Below are positions 22,201 through 24,616 of a DNA stretch of 24,616 nucleotides, piece after piece (position 1 is the first letter of the stretch; every line of letters starts with the position of its first letter). Where the stretch lies: positions 1-24,616 of the forward strand of contig JBDREN010000002.1 in assembly GCA_043819795.1 (NCBI GenBank), given 5' to 3'. Both the position numbers and the translations under genes were made by a program. The stretch comes from Elusimicrobiota bacterium (lineage in GTDB: Bacteria > Elusimicrobiota > Elusimicrobia > UBA1565). A model generated the notes under the pieces. The model saw only the letters and a list, made by a program, of their open reading frames with translations. It ran no database searches and had not been told where the DNA came from.

Positions 22201-23805
22201 GAGATAGTGCTCGGCGATCTGCTGGGCGGTGGCGGGGTAGGCGAGGACGCGCACCTCATCGAGAAGGCCCATGTAGGGGCCGTAGCCGCTGTAATCGCCG
22301 AAGTAGCCCGAAGGAAAAACATCCCGCCGGTTGCTCGCGAGCCCGGTCTTGACGAAGGCCCCGTTGACGTAGAGGCTGGGTCGCTTGTCGTCGTAGACCA
22401 CCGCGATGTGGGTCCAGCCGACGATGGGCGCGTCGTAGACCAGAGGGGAGGGAAGATAGGAGCTGCCGTGCTCGAAGACGGCGATCCCGTTGGTGCCGAC
22501 CGATATCCCGGCTCCCGCGTCCTGCGACCCGCCGTGGCCCGGCCCGATGGCGTAGCGCTGTCCGCCCGTGCCGGAGATCCCGGAGTTCGCCTCCGAGGTC
22601 GGGTCGCGGGACGTCGACGGGGAGGCCCAGAGCTCTATCGTGAAGCTGTTCGGCGCGGTCGTGAGAAGGCCCATCGTCGTCGCCCGGTCGTCCGAGCCGT
22701 CGAACCGGAGGGATTTCCCGATCCCGCTGAGCGACCAGCTCGTTCCGCCCGCCAGAGCGGCGGCTGGAGCCTTCCCGGAGTCTTCCATCGCGAGGGTCCC
22801 GGCCCCCTCGTCAAAATGCCACAGCCCGACCGTGCCCGGGATGGGCTGGATCGTGTCCTCCGGGTCGACCAGTCCGCTCTCGGCGTCCTGGACGGTGATC
22901 CTGGCGGTGATGTCCGCGGTCGTCTCCAGGGCGGTCCCAGGATCGATGAAGGTCGTCCCGTCCGCGGAGACCTCTGGCGTCTCGAACCGGGGGGCGGTGG
23001 TCTCCGGAGCGCACTTGCCGGCGCCGCCGGCGGATGCGATCGCCTGGATCTCGGCTTGGCTCAGCGCGCGGGCGTAGACCGAGACCTCGTCTAGAAGCCC
23101 CGCGAAGGGCCCGTAGCTGGACGTGTCCCCAAGGACGCCCGAGGCGTACACGGTCCGCCGTTGGCTCGCGAGCCCCGTCTTCACGAGAGTCCCGCCGACA
23201 TAGAGACGGGGCTGCTTGTTCTCATAGACGACGGCGACGTGCGTCCACTCGGAGAGGGGGGCGTCGTAGACCAATAGAGAAGGGAGATAGGATGCGCCGT
23301 GCTCGAAGACGCTGATCCCGTTGGTGCCCACGGAGATCCCGGCCCCCGCGTCTTGCGATCCGCCGTGCCCCGGCGCCATTGCGTAGCGCTGCCCGCTCGT
23401 GCCCGCGGTGCCCGAGACGCTCTCCGGCGTCGGGTTGCGCGTCTGCGCCGGATAGGCCCAGAACTCGACGGTGAAGGTGTTCGCCGCGGTGAGGAGGAGC
23501 TCATGTCCGGCCATCCGGTCGTTGGCGCCGTCGAAGCTGAAGGCGTCCCCGACCTTGCCCGAGGAGAAGCTCGTCCCATTCTCCAGGCTGCCGTCGTAGG
23601 AGCCGGTGAAGTCGCTGGCGTCTCCCTCGGCCCGCCACCAAGCCACCCGGCCGGAAGGCGGCTCGACGCAGTCCGTATCGGCAGCCCGGGCCGTGCCCGG
23701 GCCGGTCATTAAGAAAATAACCGAGAAGGTAAGGAGTAAGCAACGCGCGGCGCTGCTGGGGAGCCGCGACTCAATCTCGTGAGGTCGATCGCTGGTGTCA
23801 GCCAC
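1264..23805 (-). CDS. Giant (7513 aa) secreted multidomain adhesin-like protein ending in an RHS/YD shell and C-terminal effector domain
   Basis: Uninterrupted 22.5-kb ORF with recognisable LamG, IPT/TIG, Ig-like, FN3, carboxypeptidase-regulatory-like, YD-repeat and RHS core motifs. GTG start followed by a signal peptide (RCLLLTFSVIFLMTGPGTARA-ADTDC). The exact start codon is less certain than the gene. Confidence 0.97.
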   Translation of the reverse strand: MADTSDRPHEIESRLPSSAARCLLLTFSVIFLMTGPGTARAADTDCVEPPSGRVAWWRAEGDASDFTGSYDGSLENGTSFSSGKVGDAFSFDGANDRMAGHELLLTAANTFTVEFWAYPAQTRNPTPESVSGTAGTSGQRYAMAPGHGGSQDAGAGISVGTNGISVFEHGASYLPSLLVYDAPLSEWTHVAVVYENKQPRLYVGGTLVKTGLASQRRTVYASGVLGDTSSYGPFAGLLDEVSVYARALSQAEIQAIASAGGAGKCAPETTAPRFETPEVSADGTTFIDPGTALETTADITARITVQDAESGLVDPEDTIQPIPGTVGLWHFDEGAGTLAMEDSGKAPAAALAGGTSWSLSGIGKSLRFDGSDDRATTMGLLTTAPNSFTIELWASPSTSRDPTSEANSGISGTGGQRYAIGPGHGGSQDAGAGISVGTNGIAVFEHGSSYLPSPLVYDAPIVGWTHIAVVYDDKRPSLYVNGAFVKTGLASNRRDVFPSGYFGDYSGYGPYMGLLDEVRVLAYPATAQQIAEHYLKQSAAYSARYSTDGGESWRRVPAAKLSLSLAAGAASATDPHYLTAAGLALAPSPEPGINRIEFMAADVAGNTASFSYDILTPPPDTAPPDLSDPGVSADGASFLDPATALPGRDGISARITVQDSGSGLPPDAGALFPEIEGASALWHLEEASGEAVEDASGNGNHGTLVNFPARVEGRHGRGLSFNGADQAVHVPDSAGLTPAYELTVEFWYKPNGTDAWLSKGNGANDMAVNEWLIHSCGDGSAGSMLYVNVGGSWRTSPCTTGTVPGEWNHMAWTYDGNQAAAYRNGVLTGVSTWGFASTPIHDGDGVVAIGYDARYPIGTAGRMMNGVIDEIRILNAALTEEQVLREYESEPGFSARVSVDGGQGWTEVPSSYISLNPLSPGASENDPHRLTVSGLNLAPSAGPDTNRIELTASDLDGNRRSYAFNILTPPPPAGPFIDDDFSAGVLDASKWISAKFGSGTADVSDGVLRLRTAGTSSRWRAISLYSKEVFQATGVYYLDLDWKPGTKASSAGQSPSIYFRDVGAIRDGTYQSPSSRYVRLDLGTQGDYGQQRTSLTLYGMGASSSQSSLKSVALDPPIAADPDPSAVFRHIRIALDFDNKTLSLYLDGQAIMSGVDLTKDSSGNSIDFLPSIRDFHVELYGGAQFYSSPLTESFDNVLLEGPPQLRGLSPGSGSAGRQATLTGRGFGVEQGNGAVTIGGVPMQIASWTDLQIVGAVPPGLPLGRQDLVITADDGRASRPWLFTATERHAELFSESFPDGALDDGKWSSEIFSSAYIKVDQGRLRLETAGGSNRWRAASVLTKRVFKKGGVYHLNLDWKPGTKASSAGYVPGIYFRDAAADREGTYNYPSNRYIQLELGTNNDMGELRTVMTLYGKGTVSPHTLKRVTLASPVLAEPNAAATFRNIHIALDFDAKTLSLELDGRAVMTDVDLTRDSNGNPAEILSAFEDFQLELYGGSQYYSSPLVESFDNVLLEGPPQLLSMSRASGPPGTELVLEGHGFGDAQGNGSVTLDAAPLTVASWTDTSITAVVPPGTPEGRADIAVADHAGHSTVKWLFTVTEELAELHADDFSGESLDGVKWSSVYTGSAAAEVEEGRLRLKTINPNNNWRGVSVFPRRAFDKAGVYHVNLEWKPGTKASSAGRIPGIFFRDAAGSRDASLLYPMDRYIRLDLGSSGDNGQKRTVLRLYGRGTGSEYTLRTVTLPTPVLADPADAAAFHLIHIGLDLDALTFTMEMDGREIMTGVDLTRDYNGNPVDFLSAIGDFHLELYGGGQYYTSSLVESFDNVRVDGNSQIQSVSRGSGAPNTELAVTGSGFGDAQGSGYFRLGAHDLSVLSWSGTSILARVPPGTPEGVYDVTIKPDTGPEMGGFRFTVTPPGRVLVYDDFEGPALDGNVWRTAEYWTASAEIVDGSLSLKAGGACCGYRGVAAYPVPQLRQQGVYHLNLDWKPGRKSDGNGRIPAIFLRAVGASRNSSYQSPDERYIRLDLGLNNDTGSTRTKLNLYGQGAPGATLSTIKTVTLDSPILTAPDQNAVFHQVHIAFDADNKTFSLDLDGQPVMSDVDLTHDSGGTPIGFLDKIGNFQMELYGGSQYSNSSLVETFDNVILEGPPQLHSISRGSGAWGTALTLRGIGFGDSQGSGFVSLGGNNLPVLIWSDGAVAVSIPQGTALGPQALVLKGDIGPELGGFKFTVTDPLPMLLADDFEGGGLDADAWKTVEPGSTSVGVSSGSLEIRAAGPCCSYRGVAAYGSPMFLPGGVYHLNLDWKPGHKNDGNGRIPAIYFRAVATSRDYNFQDPMERFIRLDLGTASDTGSFRTELSLYGRGTSTLHLLKKVPISLLLPTAPSPDATTHQIHIALDIDNKTLSMDLDGQPMMTDVDLTHDSGGTAISFLDKLGIFQLEFYGGSQYGTSSLVEAFDNVVMEGPPQLHAASRGSGPAGTELTLTGNGFGETRGSGYVRLGGNDLTVLSWSNDALLVRVPEGTPLGPQELAVKVALGPEVGGFRFTVTPRLPVLLSDDFEAGVLDGSVWRKVEAGGTVVEVSDGSLDLKTARSCCQYRGVAAYGRPLLRGKGVYHLNLNWLPGRKDDGNGRIPSIYFRAVAASRDYNFQDPTERFIRLDLGTASDTGSFRTELSLYGRGTSTIHLLKKVPISLLLPTAPSPDATVHQIHIALDFDDKTFSFDLDGRAMMTGVDLTRDSNGNPVGFLDKIGEFQLELYGGSQYATSSLVETFDNVLLEGPPQLRSVRPDIGPPGTQVEITGVGFGDSQGTGKVSLGAGLLSVASWSDTAITASLPPGTPAGTGNLSVVTDAGQASRGWLLTATGALLTVLEDAFEGAALDASKWETMTFGSASVQVADGELKFNLDGPCCQWRGAAAYSKSQFNQQGVYHFSLDWSPDTKTDANGLAPGIYFRSPDSGRHGTYQSPNDRYLRLDLGYSGDTGPRRTEMTLYGRGEPNTTQQTLKKKTLEIPIPTVDDPDVSSRQVHIALDFENKTFSLDIDGEAIMTNVDLTKNSDGGTIGFLGTWTDFHMEIFGGAQKNTSAMIESFDNASLRLADISIPVAQITSHTENDFVSGLVTVTGTAMDEGGISGTEFFIDGEGQGAAEPPEFSFAWDTLARDGEEPLYPDGPHAVYLQARDQVGNVGASPAVSLKVDNTPPVTSLSPAPNGSNGWYRSPMPNLTLSAADGSGSGAGEVRFTLDEDPETVSTGASAQPAVPEGIHVLSYFAVDRLGNQETAKTTTLNIDLQAPTLPENPRTTLVVERRADLAWDASADAEGPAPSGTALYRVSRRVYDGGTGFSVIADTPTLAYSNTTGLVLGETYEYQVRAVDAAGNASAPAELTVFVPDLTPPELSDVSATLSEDETRIDVAWDTNELATGQVAMGTDPWVYTTTTPATVDYQDIEHLGRGHLTAVEGLEPHTTYYFRAFSIDAFGNQSSSEEFTIITDTHPPTLAITGPEAGANTSTAVTIEFTVTDDLTPEGSIEVKDDQGHDAPPFTFTEEGQKTVTLTATDAAGNSASASVTFTIDKTGPSRIADLNVTVQRPASAEADLAWTSPSDALSAVAGYALKSHSEPLDDSNWDDAAPHAAPSPSEPGTEESHTVTDLPEDVAYLAIRSQDEVGNLSPVSNSVLYDPVPPEAAITAPAPGTVLTRPSTATATASDSQGIARVDFLVDGEAAGTDAAAPYEFYFDIRDFLDGTHSLMARALDSFGNAVEATVPVTISYAPPPAPAILSPEEGFLTATAVIDVSGTAEPGNTVTVFVDGSAAGSASVQGDGTFVVLGISLPADGAVALTARLSDSRGTSAPSAAVNGTLDTAAPGPPVQPVAASLTGGRIRLDWGLPEGETPAAYKVYRSNQEAALTEGATPPPSLLVHQGPDTSYTDAPPHDGLFFYGAVSLDAASNASGLSEIAPGVSDRATPSASIRLTQSTPPLGPGEHPLELTLSEALTLPPALTITPQGQDAVTIEIEQTTTLVWVGTLTVTPSMATGTAEFGFQGQDFAGNVGTALTSGQSAGIDTRGPLGAIAFPAAVSSGDFPLSLSLDEPAAGVPTLSFTPSGRAAVPVALSASGPDNRDWTGSVAVDETTGDGPADFNYSAEDALGNLSATLSGGAAQFIIDTVPPGPPTLVQAVAGQGGAIGISWEAPDAGEMPSSYLVFRDGAQLSPAVTPSPDGSGDYTDMPSDGAHDYEVASVDLAGNRTKSAAVSATTDATPPDAPTDLAAQLDTSVPGTPRVGLSFKASADSEGFNVYRSLTPIGSTAGMTPVLAAQAAGPPDAQGFRGLADIPVQDDTYFYAVTALDHAGNESPASNGSAGVLFDKTPPTAVTDLRVVASTPTSTLTLFWTAPSDGLAGVHSYRIRYGATAALTPAAWEDAAEIQQSIVPKAPGSAESLAITSLPLDHHLYFFNIRTLDSVGNLASLSNPVAFSSIPPGLTIWSPAEGAVISRPVTISAGATDAVGVSDFSFAVDGETLASPQSSPHFRWDTLPYPDGAHTLGVTAFNTFGFSSTVDRPVVLSYVPPPAPMIQSPHSPFQSLTGAVDLSGSAEAHIRVRLYLDGIALESDTFADAYGRFSFPDIGVPAGTHVFSVFAVDRSTSAASNAVTVAYSEDLPGQPEQLQAQSQPAGKVSLAWDEPDSGADVGYYRLYRSTSPLSLASGGTPPPAHRLPPMISGTSHVDRPSVDGLYYYAVSASDFAGREGVISSTIAALSDRAAPTAVISVGSSPPLGVGSTPVVLDLSESLQSAPLLTITPHDSFPIPIVLSAQTPTEWTGTLHIQSFNPSGTAVFAFAGVDLVGNQGQTISSGGTVEILTQGPEGELSLTPASPYQAGTVVQIALALSTTPAQPPSLGLLTPAGDSVPVSLSGSTTSYAGSFTVTTEMGDGTGGFAYSAADSLGNVGQTLTGTTFYFIDTTPPDPPRFMTATPRPAGAVQLNWSSPVGEEAARYNLYRADDLIFSKGGLTPAQTEILPNPDHSGSFTDHPPAEQAYYYAVTAMDAAGNEGNVSGSARADSVSTPPPPPAGLTASINAFGQIELSWVSGGGSTSRFLLYRSTRPLPSLSGLTPIPAASPYVDVLTRNGTYYYRATALDIAGNESPPSDETHANYNGAPPAITVLGVEDGRFYRTDVSPVFYAEDPNLVPSSVSATVDEESFVSGSTVSAEGEHAMTVFAANTGGLTASEDLRFTIDKTPPAISVTEVAQGATYYAAVHATFGAADANLMSVAAVLDGEAYSSGSSIATAGRHTLVVTAQDKAGNSAESTLAFRLMTPPPAPLDMAVQVSSRGAALSWTAPPYAETLSGYNVYRNGVRLNQTPIPQTSFEDFAFPRDQGFHAYRVAGLDGLRQEGPSSTATIVPVEVLLGPSGIAGGDESMRLTRGYFDRIVLALTRPDSDPVNALFGPAAIELPDISGATLSDCETGWTFFGGGQSRDLSTVCAIPPELPNPALVRVRLVQGSEPGTSVTRILELPAAVREPPSAGLTLLPGTFSPNAHTQVTVRLSNQGSAALIVPAGALKLRLKTQAGMVLSEASSEAVLSVPAGQAAAFDPLALATPESIAIDSLLDLEAVVSGMAGEGGLAGPGLANSITVLVSSVSLHATLRHDRDVYDQGQAITFTGYASDLDGNPLPDSQVKVGIAIRDFTRIYFATTSAAADLTGRYPYFVDFHPSAGEAGVYSAWAVDPGIFATPVMSTFAIVGMAITPAQPEATLAKGTTYLFEVGVANTGETPVTPTDVTFSLLDSQAEGLVGLDLASSTLLSPIEPGTEAKLKLRAWGDAEAPGSVSFLMQVRESHGFERTAQVRLYLVPSQVYPRVQPQSFVVSLAAGQSKNLTSVISNVGTQVWRGVSLGPPTASWIHIHSETEIGDLAPGESFSVSLSVNPPEDLPSGTHNERISVDSANLDSFPLGVGVILTSSREGDITFHIIDSNSATRAGVKGATVTLTSLDVPGLSFNLPADLNGVATFTQIPAGKFQWQIAAPGFHTSQGMAEAIPGIPETIEYVLPRSFVSTTFTVTPTLIKDEYDVKLEVTYETDVPAPVVTVEPNLLEIPLNAGETAYGQLRLTNHGLVKAHDLRFDIKSDTDTTIQFMQDLIPELLPGQSVDVPYRIELAHASCHWVTMVLWYTYHCIAGSWVSVPGPSVTFGVGDSCGGGGGGGGRRYWGGGGCCGGGQWRGGYVPDLGGARPAPTSCGEFGLGLDDLGKLLKKAGKRALRSMPPSVSIPIALSFGCKLGADGTDPTSGNMNLTFRDLNVSIPKYGFSLDFAHFYNTHNLDATGSLGKGWRHSFEGSLRTVRSVEGYINDSRREIFVMDSTRTFVIAQTPGGDVWQFDRNDDGTFSPPDLAQKPDGSYSLAIPEGELLYDSAGRLTKIADSSGDSVGLQYDPSGRLDNVVDDTGRTLYTLQHDLEGRLRSVTDFADRSAEFVFTDGRLTSLTNLQGDHSFVYGGPTGDLVTEMTDPRGLRTSWDYESPPDIKALGKATAAGAYAHAIYTLPLTPSGAVDTALFEQWYGVDVATPLAKASSETISSAERRSIREFSGGSASMTAGIPSADYVINKSEVGGSQGFQSLDLQMDDAMGNGKAIVQTPMGATAELILGHTPAGTMVRGVRAPGNPDLAVQYNSSGSVTSMSDSLGREANFFYDERGRLTAASNSAGVSAQASYDADDNVTSVTDPMGHKVRFEYDSQGRMTRLNRPDGTTQVLGYGPTGSWTSLQDAMGEVTARSFDSDGNLASITTPMSRTTGFTRDGLGRIASITSPSGRVRHMTRNEFGSITDIRESNGATTRFTYEPGCVSCETLPTFLTSSIQDPNGNTTTFDYDAEGKYRGMTSPSGNVTRVSYDSAGRITQLTDPDGYTSLYSYDVAGRRLSSSFADTTFTQSYNEAGTLATLEDEQSKTQFSYNEVNRPVHITETNKAASLQVNLGYSYDKNGGMTSMVTPWGIYQYEYDVMGRMVSLESPLGQTVTFSYDALSRKKTTLLSNGITVSYDYDADSRMTGIETRRNGASVLSFAYGYDVSGNRTSMTDFRGAHEYSYDVVGRLTRASHPPDTMVEALEEAFSYDPGGNRTSGPRSSSSLYDTENALTSDARYDYAYDKRGDRVSRTSKADGSVVTYAWDARNRLTRISDGKTGRISEFTYDSMSRRIRKRVTLGALSKTVDYVYDGLSIVAMQVTQDSGGTPSIDIFYVTYGRSHDEPLILHHPDGDYFLHTDALGSVVALSDSDGNIVERVEYESYGKPTFIDAVSGSTRSVSSVGDPFTYVGREYEEDSGLIYMRARYYDAELGRFISKDPAFASTNLYAYAESDPVNHKDTSGLYIAVGDSSLWDAGEALTAEKRKYAGKNNAASAALGDVITARGGDDGAYVDTPVQSMAKDSIGQTLGHDASPTELRNLDHFLNNSGAMGLAAENALPGLKTLSGIVTGLVAIPITGAYSYTKCYDQIYGTSIHKGLSGGRHNSNAPNASPASYEEIAAGLMGIGHGFRDLWR
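1267..1779 (-). other. RHS C-terminal extension (residues 7343-7513, 171 aa), putative toxin/effector of unrecognised family
   Basis: Follows directly after DPVNHKDTSGL. Ala/Gly-rich, one hydrophobic segment (LSGIVTGLVAIPITGAYSY), lower GC than the rest of the gene. Confidence 0.75.
1780..2045 (-). other. RHS repeat-associated core domain with aspartyl autoprotease motif
   Basis: YESYG...FTYVGREYEEDSGLIYMRARYYDAELGRFISKDP...NLYAYAESDPVNHKDTSGL matches the RHS core consensus (RxxxxDP...PxxxxDPxG, here DTSG). Confidence 0.95.
2046..5010 (-). repeat. DUF6531-like domain plus YD/RHS repeats (RHS shell)
   Basis: Begins DPTSGNMNLTFRDL...LDFAHFYN...LGKGWRHSFE, typical of the DUF6531-type RHS start, then many YDxxGRL units (YDSAGRLT, YDPSGRLD, YDERGRLT, YDSQGRMT, YDVSGNRT, WDARNRLT). 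Confidence 0.92.
5011..5373 (-). other. Cys/Gly-rich linker between stalk and RHS shell
   Basis: CHWVTMVLWYTYHC...SCGGGGGGGGRRYWGGGGCCGGGQWRGG...TSCGEFGLGLDDLGKLLKKAGKRALRS...FGC: 7 Cys and a Gly8 run. Confidence 0.8.
5374..7600 (-). other. Beta-sandwich region with CARDB/NEW3-like domains, a carboxypeptidase-regulatory-like domain (about 5704-5961) and a TYETDVPAPVV...TNHGL module
   Basis: TVRLSNQGSA, VGVANTGET, SVISNVG...IGDLAPGESFSVSLSVNPP motifs; GVKGATVTL...DLNGVATFTQIPAGKFQWQIAAPGF. Boundaries approximate. Confidence 0.7.
7601..14530 (-). other. Ig-like/FN3 stalk (more than 20 domains)
   Basis: Recurrent DxTPP...D.AGN units, FN3-type LxWxxP...YxVYR...YxYxVxAxD motifs and a DNTPPVTSL...NGWYRS...YFAVDRLGNQE domain. 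Confidence 0.88.
8386..13119 (-). repeat. Tandem duplication of an ~790-aa, 8-domain block (copy A 10747-13119, copy B 8386-10746)
   Basis: Same motif order in both copies: DKTGPSRIADL/DKTPPTAVTDL, ISYAPPPAP/LSYVPPPAP, SDRATP/SDRAAP, DTRGP/LTQGP, IDTVPPGPP/IDTTPPDPP, ALDHAGNESPASN/ALDIAGNESPPSD. Start-to-start offset is 2373 nt. Confidence 0.88.
14533..20886 (-). repeat. Array of 7 jelly-roll-like domains (~230 aa) alternating with 6 IPT/TIG domains; period 942-948 nt
   Basis: Each unit starts with a DDF...LD..W-like motif (near 20863, 19918, 18976, 18034, 17086, 16144, 15202), contains GVYHLNLDWKPG.K, IRLDLG, IHIALD and LELYGG.QY, and ends E.FDNV. IPT units show LTLTG.GFG...G.V.LG...SW.D. 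Confidence 0.93.
21140..21785 (-). other. LamG-like jelly-roll domain 3
   Basis: LWHLEEASG...DASGNGNHGTL...LTVEFW...WNHMAWTYDG...NGVIDEIRILNAALT. Confidence 0.9.
22200..22845 (-). other. LamG-like jelly-roll domain 2
   Basis: GLWHFDEGAG...FTIELW...WTHIAVVYDD...LYVNG...GLLDEVRV. Confidence 0.9.
23011..23670 (-). other. LamG-like jelly-roll domain 1, bracketed by a Cys pair
   Basis: CVEPPSGRVAWWRAEGDASD...FTVEFW...WTHVAVVY...GLLDEVSVYARALSQAEI...GAGKC. Confidence 0.9.
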
Positions 23806-23864
23806 TATGCTGCTCTCGGCGGAAACAAAACAGCACGCGCTGCCAAAGGCAACGCACCAACAAA

Positions 23865-23893
23865 GTTGTAACGGGTATTTCGGGGAAAGTCAA
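23865..23893 (-). promoter_or_regulatory. Candidate sigma70 promoter for the giant gene
   Basis: Minus strand TTGACT (23893-23888), 17-nt spacer, TACAAC (23870-23865), in the only clearly AT-rich patch of the window, about 60 nt upstream of the GTG. The -10 lacks the conserved final T. Confidence 0.4.
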
Positions 23894-23911
23894 TGACAAT
23901 CCCCTGACTTT
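23886..23911. promoter_or_regulatory. Inverted repeat AAAGTCA-N12-TGACTTT overlapping the putative -35
   Basis: Perfect 7-bp arms at 23886-23892 and 23905-23911. Confidence 0.4.
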
Positions 23912-23918
23912 TGTATAA

Positions 23919-23946
23919 AAAAAAGCATGCAATTTCATGCTCTTTT
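23919..23946. promoter_or_regulatory. 28-bp imperfect palindrome, candidate operator
   Basis: AAAAaAGCATGcAATTtCATGCTcTTTT: 12 of 14 pairs complementary. Confidence 0.45.
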
Positions 23947-24081
23947 GGAATTGGTCAGGCGGATGGGATGGATTCCGACGGAGCGGGTGTCAGGAATGTC
24001 GAGAAGTTGGCCGGGCCGTCACCGTGGGATACGACGGACGCCCGCGCGTGCGGGTTTGCAGGGCAATAACATTCTTGCGAG

Positions 24082-24214
24082 GGAGTCCCCCATGACTGAA
24101 CGGTGTAAGCGCCGCAGGGCAGGTTTACGGCGTTAAAACGGCGACAGCGGTGCTGGGACGGAGTTCCTTATGACTGGAAGGTGTAAGCGCCGCAAGGCGG
24201 GCTTGCGGCGCTGA
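24082..24214. repeat. Two direct copies of a 55-bp hairpin-containing element (24082-24136 and 24160-24214)
   Basis: 44/55 identical by manual alignment, offset 78 nt, shared core GGTGTAAGCGCCGCA. Confidence 0.85.
24186..24212 (-). terminator. GC-rich stem-loop immediately after the upstream gene's stop; possible terminator or mRNA stabiliser
   Basis: AGCGCCGCAAG-gcggg-CTTGCGGCGCT is a perfect 11-bp stem, 2 nt after the TAA. No real U-tract follows, so intrinsic termination is uncertain. Confidence 0.45.
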
Positions 24215-24616
24215 TTAACGCACAACGGCGAACTTGCCGGCCTTGCGGATGCTTGCTTCGCCCGACTTCTCGGCCACGACCGTATAGAGGTATACCCCGC
24301 TCGGGATGCGGCCGCTCCACGCGTACTCGTAGGCGTACTTGGGGCCGCTGCCGTCGTTGACGACGGGCGGCGTGCCTTCCAGGGTCGTCTGATGCACCTG
24401 CTGGCCGGCGACGTTGTAGATCCGGATCGTCACCTTATCGGCGATGCCCACGGCCAAGTGGATCGTCGGCGCGGCCCCGCCCACCGCGGGGTTGGGGAAC
24501 ACGTAGAGGTCGCGCAGCGCGAAGGCCGGGTCGGCCCCGGCCGCGGCCGCGACCTTGCCTTTGCCCTTGCCCTTCTCATCACCGGCGCCGGGCTCCTCGT
24601 CGGCCAGATCGTCCGG
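24215..24616 (-). CDS. 3' end (133 aa) of a protein with a T9SS-type-A/FlgD-Ig-like C-terminal domain; start lies beyond the window
   Basis: Frame is open to the window edge: PDDLADEEPGAGDEKGKGKGKVAAAAGADPAFALRDLYVFPNPAVGGAAPTIHLAVGIADKVTIRIYNVAGQQV...YAWSGRIPSGVYLYTVVA...GKFAVVR. The YVFPNP, IYNVAG and SGVY motifs and terminal K.AVVR are CTD hallmarks. The listed 24502 start is an internal GTG. Confidence 0.88.
   Translation of the reverse strand, partial: PDDLADEEPGAGDEKGKGKGKVAAAAGADPAFALRDLYVFPNPAVGGAAPTIHLAVGIADKVTIRIYNVAGQQVHQTTLEGTPPVVNDGSGPKYAYEYAWSGRIPSGVYLYTVVAEKSGEASIRKAGKFAVVR

Noticed and set aside
23832..23846. Sigma54 promoter (minus strand TTGGCAGCGCGTGCT)
   Set aside because: GG-to-GC spacing is 8 nt rather than the required 10.
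23927..24136. 69-aa plus-strand intergenic ORF
   Set aside because: No RBS or motif; starts inside a palindrome and runs through the repeat element.
24082..24214. CRISPR array or integron attC interpretation of the repeat
   Set aside because: Only two 80%-identical copies with a 23-nt gap, no cas or integrase gene in view, and no proper RYYYAAC/GTTRRRY pair.

Overview
High-GC bacterial DNA (hand-counted samples about 70-75% GC) with four co-oriented minus-strand genes. In transcription order they are: (1) the 3' end of a gene (24215..>24616) ending in a T9SS-type-A/FlgD-Ig-like C-terminal domain, of a style I recall from Elusimicrobiota; (2) a 22.5-kb, 7513-aa secreted giant protein (1264..23805); (3) an overlapping exported tandem rhodanese (528..1289); (4) an overlapping secreted protein that the ORF track misses and that runs off the window (<1..543). 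The giant protein reads: signal peptide, 3 LamG-like domains (two inserted into split Ig-like hosts), 7 unrecognised jelly-roll-like repeats alternating with 6 IPT/TIG domains, a long Ig/FN3 stalk containing a duplicated ~790-aa 8-domain block, a carboxypeptidase-regulatory-like plus 'TYETDVPAPVV' module, a Cys/Gly-rich linker, a DUF6531-like/YD-repeat RHS shell with the autoproteolysis motif, and a 171-aa lower-GC C-terminal domain of unknown type. The best candidate for an undescribed system is this three-gene operon: an adhesin-RHS fusion with no T6SS, CDI or T9SS export signature, a rhodanese where an immunity gene is expected, and a separately encoded secreted partner. The 409-bp intergenic region has a candidate sigma70 promoter, two palindromes and a duplicated hairpin element. 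Domain names come from reading motifs by eye and from recall; no database search was run.
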